From the IMG/VR virus record IMGVR_UViG_3300032373_000057, positions 1-36,848 of that record: a stretch of 36,848 bases of DNA. One strand, 5' to 3'. Shown here in pieces: positions 34,683 to 36,848 of this stretch. A model generated the notes under the pieces. That model was given only the letters and a program-made list of their open reading frames with translations, had not been told where the DNA came from and ran no database searches. This stretch comes from a virus. Taxonomy: Duplodnaviria > Caudoviricetes. Position 1 is the first letter of the stretch. Every line of letters starts with the position of its first letter. The translations under genes and the position numbers were made by a program.

Positions 34683-34970
34683 TTGGCAAAATATAGCGGC
34701 TGCAATGTGGTGCTATGTGCTACTTCTTGGGTGGGTTGTGGCGTGGTCTCAGCCGTGGGTGTAACCATTCGCCCAATCTCTTTTCGTGGTGTTGATTCTC
34801 GACCTAAAGCAATGGCTTCGGTGCTTTGTCCATCTGTTAAAAGCTGGCCTACAGGTGAAAAAATAAGTGCGTGGGTAGGAACCATTTATTGCAATACTTG
34901 CCCAGCAGCTCGCGAGCTTCATATCAATTATAAACTAAGCATGGGTGAGGTGCATTGTGCCGCCGAGTAA
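34683..34970 (+). CDS. Hypothetical Cys-containing protein (start uncertain)
   Basis: Fills the gap between ASCH and GemA. LCP...VGTIYCNTCP motif. Confidence 0.45.
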   Translation: MAKYSGCNVVLCATSWVGCGVVSAVGVTIRPISFRGVDSRPKAMASVLCPSVKSWPTGEKISAWVGTIYCNTCPAARELHINYKLSMGEVHCAAE

Positions 34971-35388
34971 TACATCCGTTCAAATGCGCAATAAAGAACT
35001 GGCTAAAATTCATATTGCAAAGAAAGATTTGTGCATTGATCGTGATACGTATGAAGATATTTTATGGACTGTTTGCCGTGTAAAATCATCTGCTGATTTA
35101 GATAGCAAAGGTCGCTTTAAACTGATCAAACACTTTGAGTCTTTGGGGTGGGGTTCCTCGCGTAAAAAGAAGCGTAAAATCGAGGATCCAAAAGAAGCTA
35201 AAATCTGGTCTCTTTTGTATCAGATAAAAGAGGCTGGAGCCATCAAATCTGTGTCCAAAATGACTGTGCGAAAGCAGATCGAGAAATATACTGTCTGCTC
35301 TGATGCTCGCTTCTGTACTGAAGGCCAAAAATCACATGTTATTGAATGCCTGAAGCAATGGCTTGCGCGAGTGAAATCATGCAAATAA
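34957..35388 (+). CDS. gemA: GemA (Mu gp16 / DUF1018) regulatory protein
   Basis: LAKIHIAKK.L..D.DTY...L.......SS.DL, KI..L, VIE.LKQW..R. Confidence 0.92.
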   Translation: MPPSNTSVQMRNKELAKIHIAKKDLCIDRDTYEDILWTVCRVKSSADLDSKGRFKLIKHFESLGWGSSRKKKRKIEDPKEAKIWSLLYQIKEAGAIKSVSKMTVRKQIEKYTVCSDARFCTEGQKSHVIECLKQWLARVKSCK

Positions 35389-35813
35389 CGGATGAGGTTA
35401 TTGCTGCAATTTCAGAGCGTATAAATCCAGAGGATTTGCCTGGTGATTTGGGTGAAGCCGCAGATTTTATTGGTGTGCATAAGGCACTTTTTCTGGCCGC
35501 ACGTGTTCATGGTTCTCCATACCTTTCAAGCTGGTCTAACGACCCTTCAAAATGGACGGTTCATGTTCAAGAAATCGTGGATGTTATTGGTATTGAAGAT
35601 GCCGAGATTATTATCACAAACTTTAGAAACACACACTTTGTCATCCCTAAGTGTGATGCATTTTGGCGCGAATGGACATATCGCATCATCGCCGAGTTAA
35701 AATCGGAGGATCGTGCTGTACTCGGTCGTAAATTCGGTTATTCGGAACGCTGGATTTATCATATTTTAAGTAACCAAAAGAAGAATGAAAACCAACTCGG
35801 TTTATTTGGCTAA
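35379..35813 (+). CDS. mor: Mor/C-family late transcription activator
   Basis: LP..L.E.A..IG...A..L, IPKC, C-terminal HTH L.RKFG.SERW.Y.IL. Follows gemA. Confidence 0.85.
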   Translation: MQITDEVIAAISERINPEDLPGDLGEAADFIGVHKALFLAARVHGSPYLSSWSNDPSKWTVHVQEIVDVIGIEDAEIIITNFRNTHFVIPKCDAFWREWTYRIIAELKSEDRAVLGRKFGYSERWIYHILSNQKKNENQLGLFG

Positions 35814-35817
35814 TCAT

Positions 35818-35869
35818 TGTAATGGTGGTTTAATCACACATTACAAGCTGTTTCATATATTGAAACAGC
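35818..35869 (+). other. Two inverted repeats after the last early gene (terminator or protein-binding sites)
   Basis: TGTAATG...CATTACA (35818-45) and GCTGTTTCA-N5-TGAAACAGC (35847-69). Confidence 0.5.
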
Positions 35870-35929
35870 ATTTCATTTTTAACTTTTCTATCTGCTTATT
35901 TTAGCAATCTCATGTCGCTTGAGAGTAGG

Positions 35930-35970
35930 TTATCGTACTTTATCCCCTATTGTTATCTCACTCTGTATCA
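35930..35970 (-). repeat. Prophage terminal inverted repeat / putative transposase-binding sites (early-gene end)
   Basis: Reverse complement TGATACAGAGTGAGATAA...AAGTACGATAA. GATAA at positions 14-18 and 37-41, as at the other end. Confidence 0.85.
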
Positions 35971-35976
35971 TAGAGT
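35971..35976 (+). repeat. 6-bp target site duplication TAGAGT (right copy)
   Basis: Identical to 197-202 and directly follows the terminal CA. Confidence 0.95.
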
Positions 35977-36418
35977 AACCGACATCAACAAGCCCATTAT
36001 AACCACGCCATCCATCACTATAGATGACACTTTCAATCGAGACTTTCCCTTTAATTACAGCCTGTAAAGTGACTTGCTTACAATCAGGAAAAATCTCTGT
36101 ATAGACTCTTCCATCACGTTCAAATATGCCAAACACAGGTTGTTTTAATGTGCCGAGACCTCGTTTTAGTTTACCATGAAAACCTCGTTGACGTGTCGCT
36201 CCAAAGTAAGCTTCATCGACCTCAACATTGCCAATAATTTGTTCTTTGGCCGCTTCCTGATGAATGTGGATCATTCGACGAAAAACATTGAACCAGTTGT
36301 TGATCGTGTTGCGGTTTAAACTAAGTAAAATCGCTGTTTGAGTAGCATTTACATCGACGCAAAAACACCAAGTAATCTTTCTAACTTTAAAATCACTTAA
36401 CTTACTGTTTCTAAATAT
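35971..36418 (-). pseudogene. IS1595-family (IS1016-like) transposase, 5' part, interrupted by the prophage
   Basis: IFRNSKLS.FK..KI..CF..D..ATQTA.LL.LNRNTIN, VEVDEAYFG, KRG.GT.KQPVFGIFER, SDGWRGYNGLVDVGY. The presumed start codon reads ATA. Confidence 0.9.
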
Positions 36419-36848
36419 AGTATCAGACCGTCCATGATAATCTGCTAGTCTAGACCCTTTCTGATTATAACGTGATGAAAAATGACTACTGAACAGCCAA
36501 AAAGTATCAATAAATGAATAGTGATTAGCTACAAGAAAGAGGGCGCTTATAGCGCTTTGAATTTCGCTGTATCGTGAAGATGTGCTTAAGTTATTAACAC
36601 AAGCTGGTGCAAACTCGATTGATTATGCTGTTTTTGTTAGCTTCCTTCGTATAATATTTGCGATATACTTATGAATAATCCAAAATATTAAAAATTTAAC
36701 TAGCGCACCTCCATCTCTTTCTCACATGGTCATAACAAATGAATAATAAAACGATAGCAACGCACAACGGTAACTTTCATGCAGATGATGTTTTCAGCAT
36801 CGCTGTATTTAAGAGCATACTTCCTTCTTTTAAGCTTATTCGCACACG

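Larger units (their letters stand above)
203..35970. mobile_element. Complete Mu-like (B3/BcepMu-organisation) transposable prophage, contractile tail
   Basis: Starts TG (203) and ends CA (35970). Flanked by TAGAGT at 197-202 and 35971-35976. Carries a DDE transposase, AAA ATPase, GemA, Mor, Mu-type head genes and P2-type tail genes. Confidence 0.97.
35971..36457 (-). mobile_element. IS1595-family insertion sequence, left part
   Basis: Transposase remnant plus candidate terminal sequence GGGTCTAGACTAGCAGATTA (minus strand from 36457). Confidence 0.7.

Noticed and set aside
35922-35926. AGAGT as a 5-bp target duplication marking the right end
   Set aside because: Not preceded by CA. The CA|TAGAGT junction at 35970 gives a 6-bp match, symmetric end repeats and restores the IS reading frame.
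203-35970. Mu-type head with P2-type tail and inverted early region as a novelty in itself
   Set aside because: This mosaic layout is already known from BcepMu/B3-related transposable phages.
35930-36274. 114-aa ORF as an intact gene
   Set aside because: It is an internal fragment of the IS1595 transposase. Its last residues (MIQSEITIGDKVR) are read-through into the phage end.
1-36848. CRISPR array, tRNA, diversity-generating retroelement, invertible segment, Gam or mom genes
   Set aside because: I saw no spaced direct repeats, cloverleaf, reverse transcriptase, invertase or matching ORFs. This was inspection by eye only.
36458-36848. Possible host gene fragments right of the IS
   Set aside because: Only short, stop-interrupted frames, with nothing supportable.

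Overview
The window holds one apparently complete transposable (Mu-like) prophage at 203..35970 (35,768 bp). It has TG...CA ends, matching sub-terminal repeats and a 6-bp target duplication (TAGAGT). It is inserted into an IS1595-family transposase gene, which is also cut by an IS3-family element 23 bp outside the left phage end. The layout is B3/BcepMu-type: a central repressor/Ner switch, an early transposition operon on the + strand running to one end, and lysis, Mu-type head, P2-type contractile tail and a Dam-like methylase on the - strand. The most notable candidate is a MuF head protein fused to a PBECR2-like nuclease with no protein immunity gene. It is instead followed by a convergent ~85-nt structured RNA with its own sigma70 promoter and terminator, a possible RNA antitoxin. 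Other points: an AT-rich cargo cluster behind the repressor (possible defence or exclusion), a major capsid protein with a signal-peptide-like leader, a permanently fused tail chaperone, covarying late-promoter palindromes, a dispersed 15-bp dyad motif, and a non-coding block at the genome midpoint. All family calls come from motif recognition by eye; no database searches were run.
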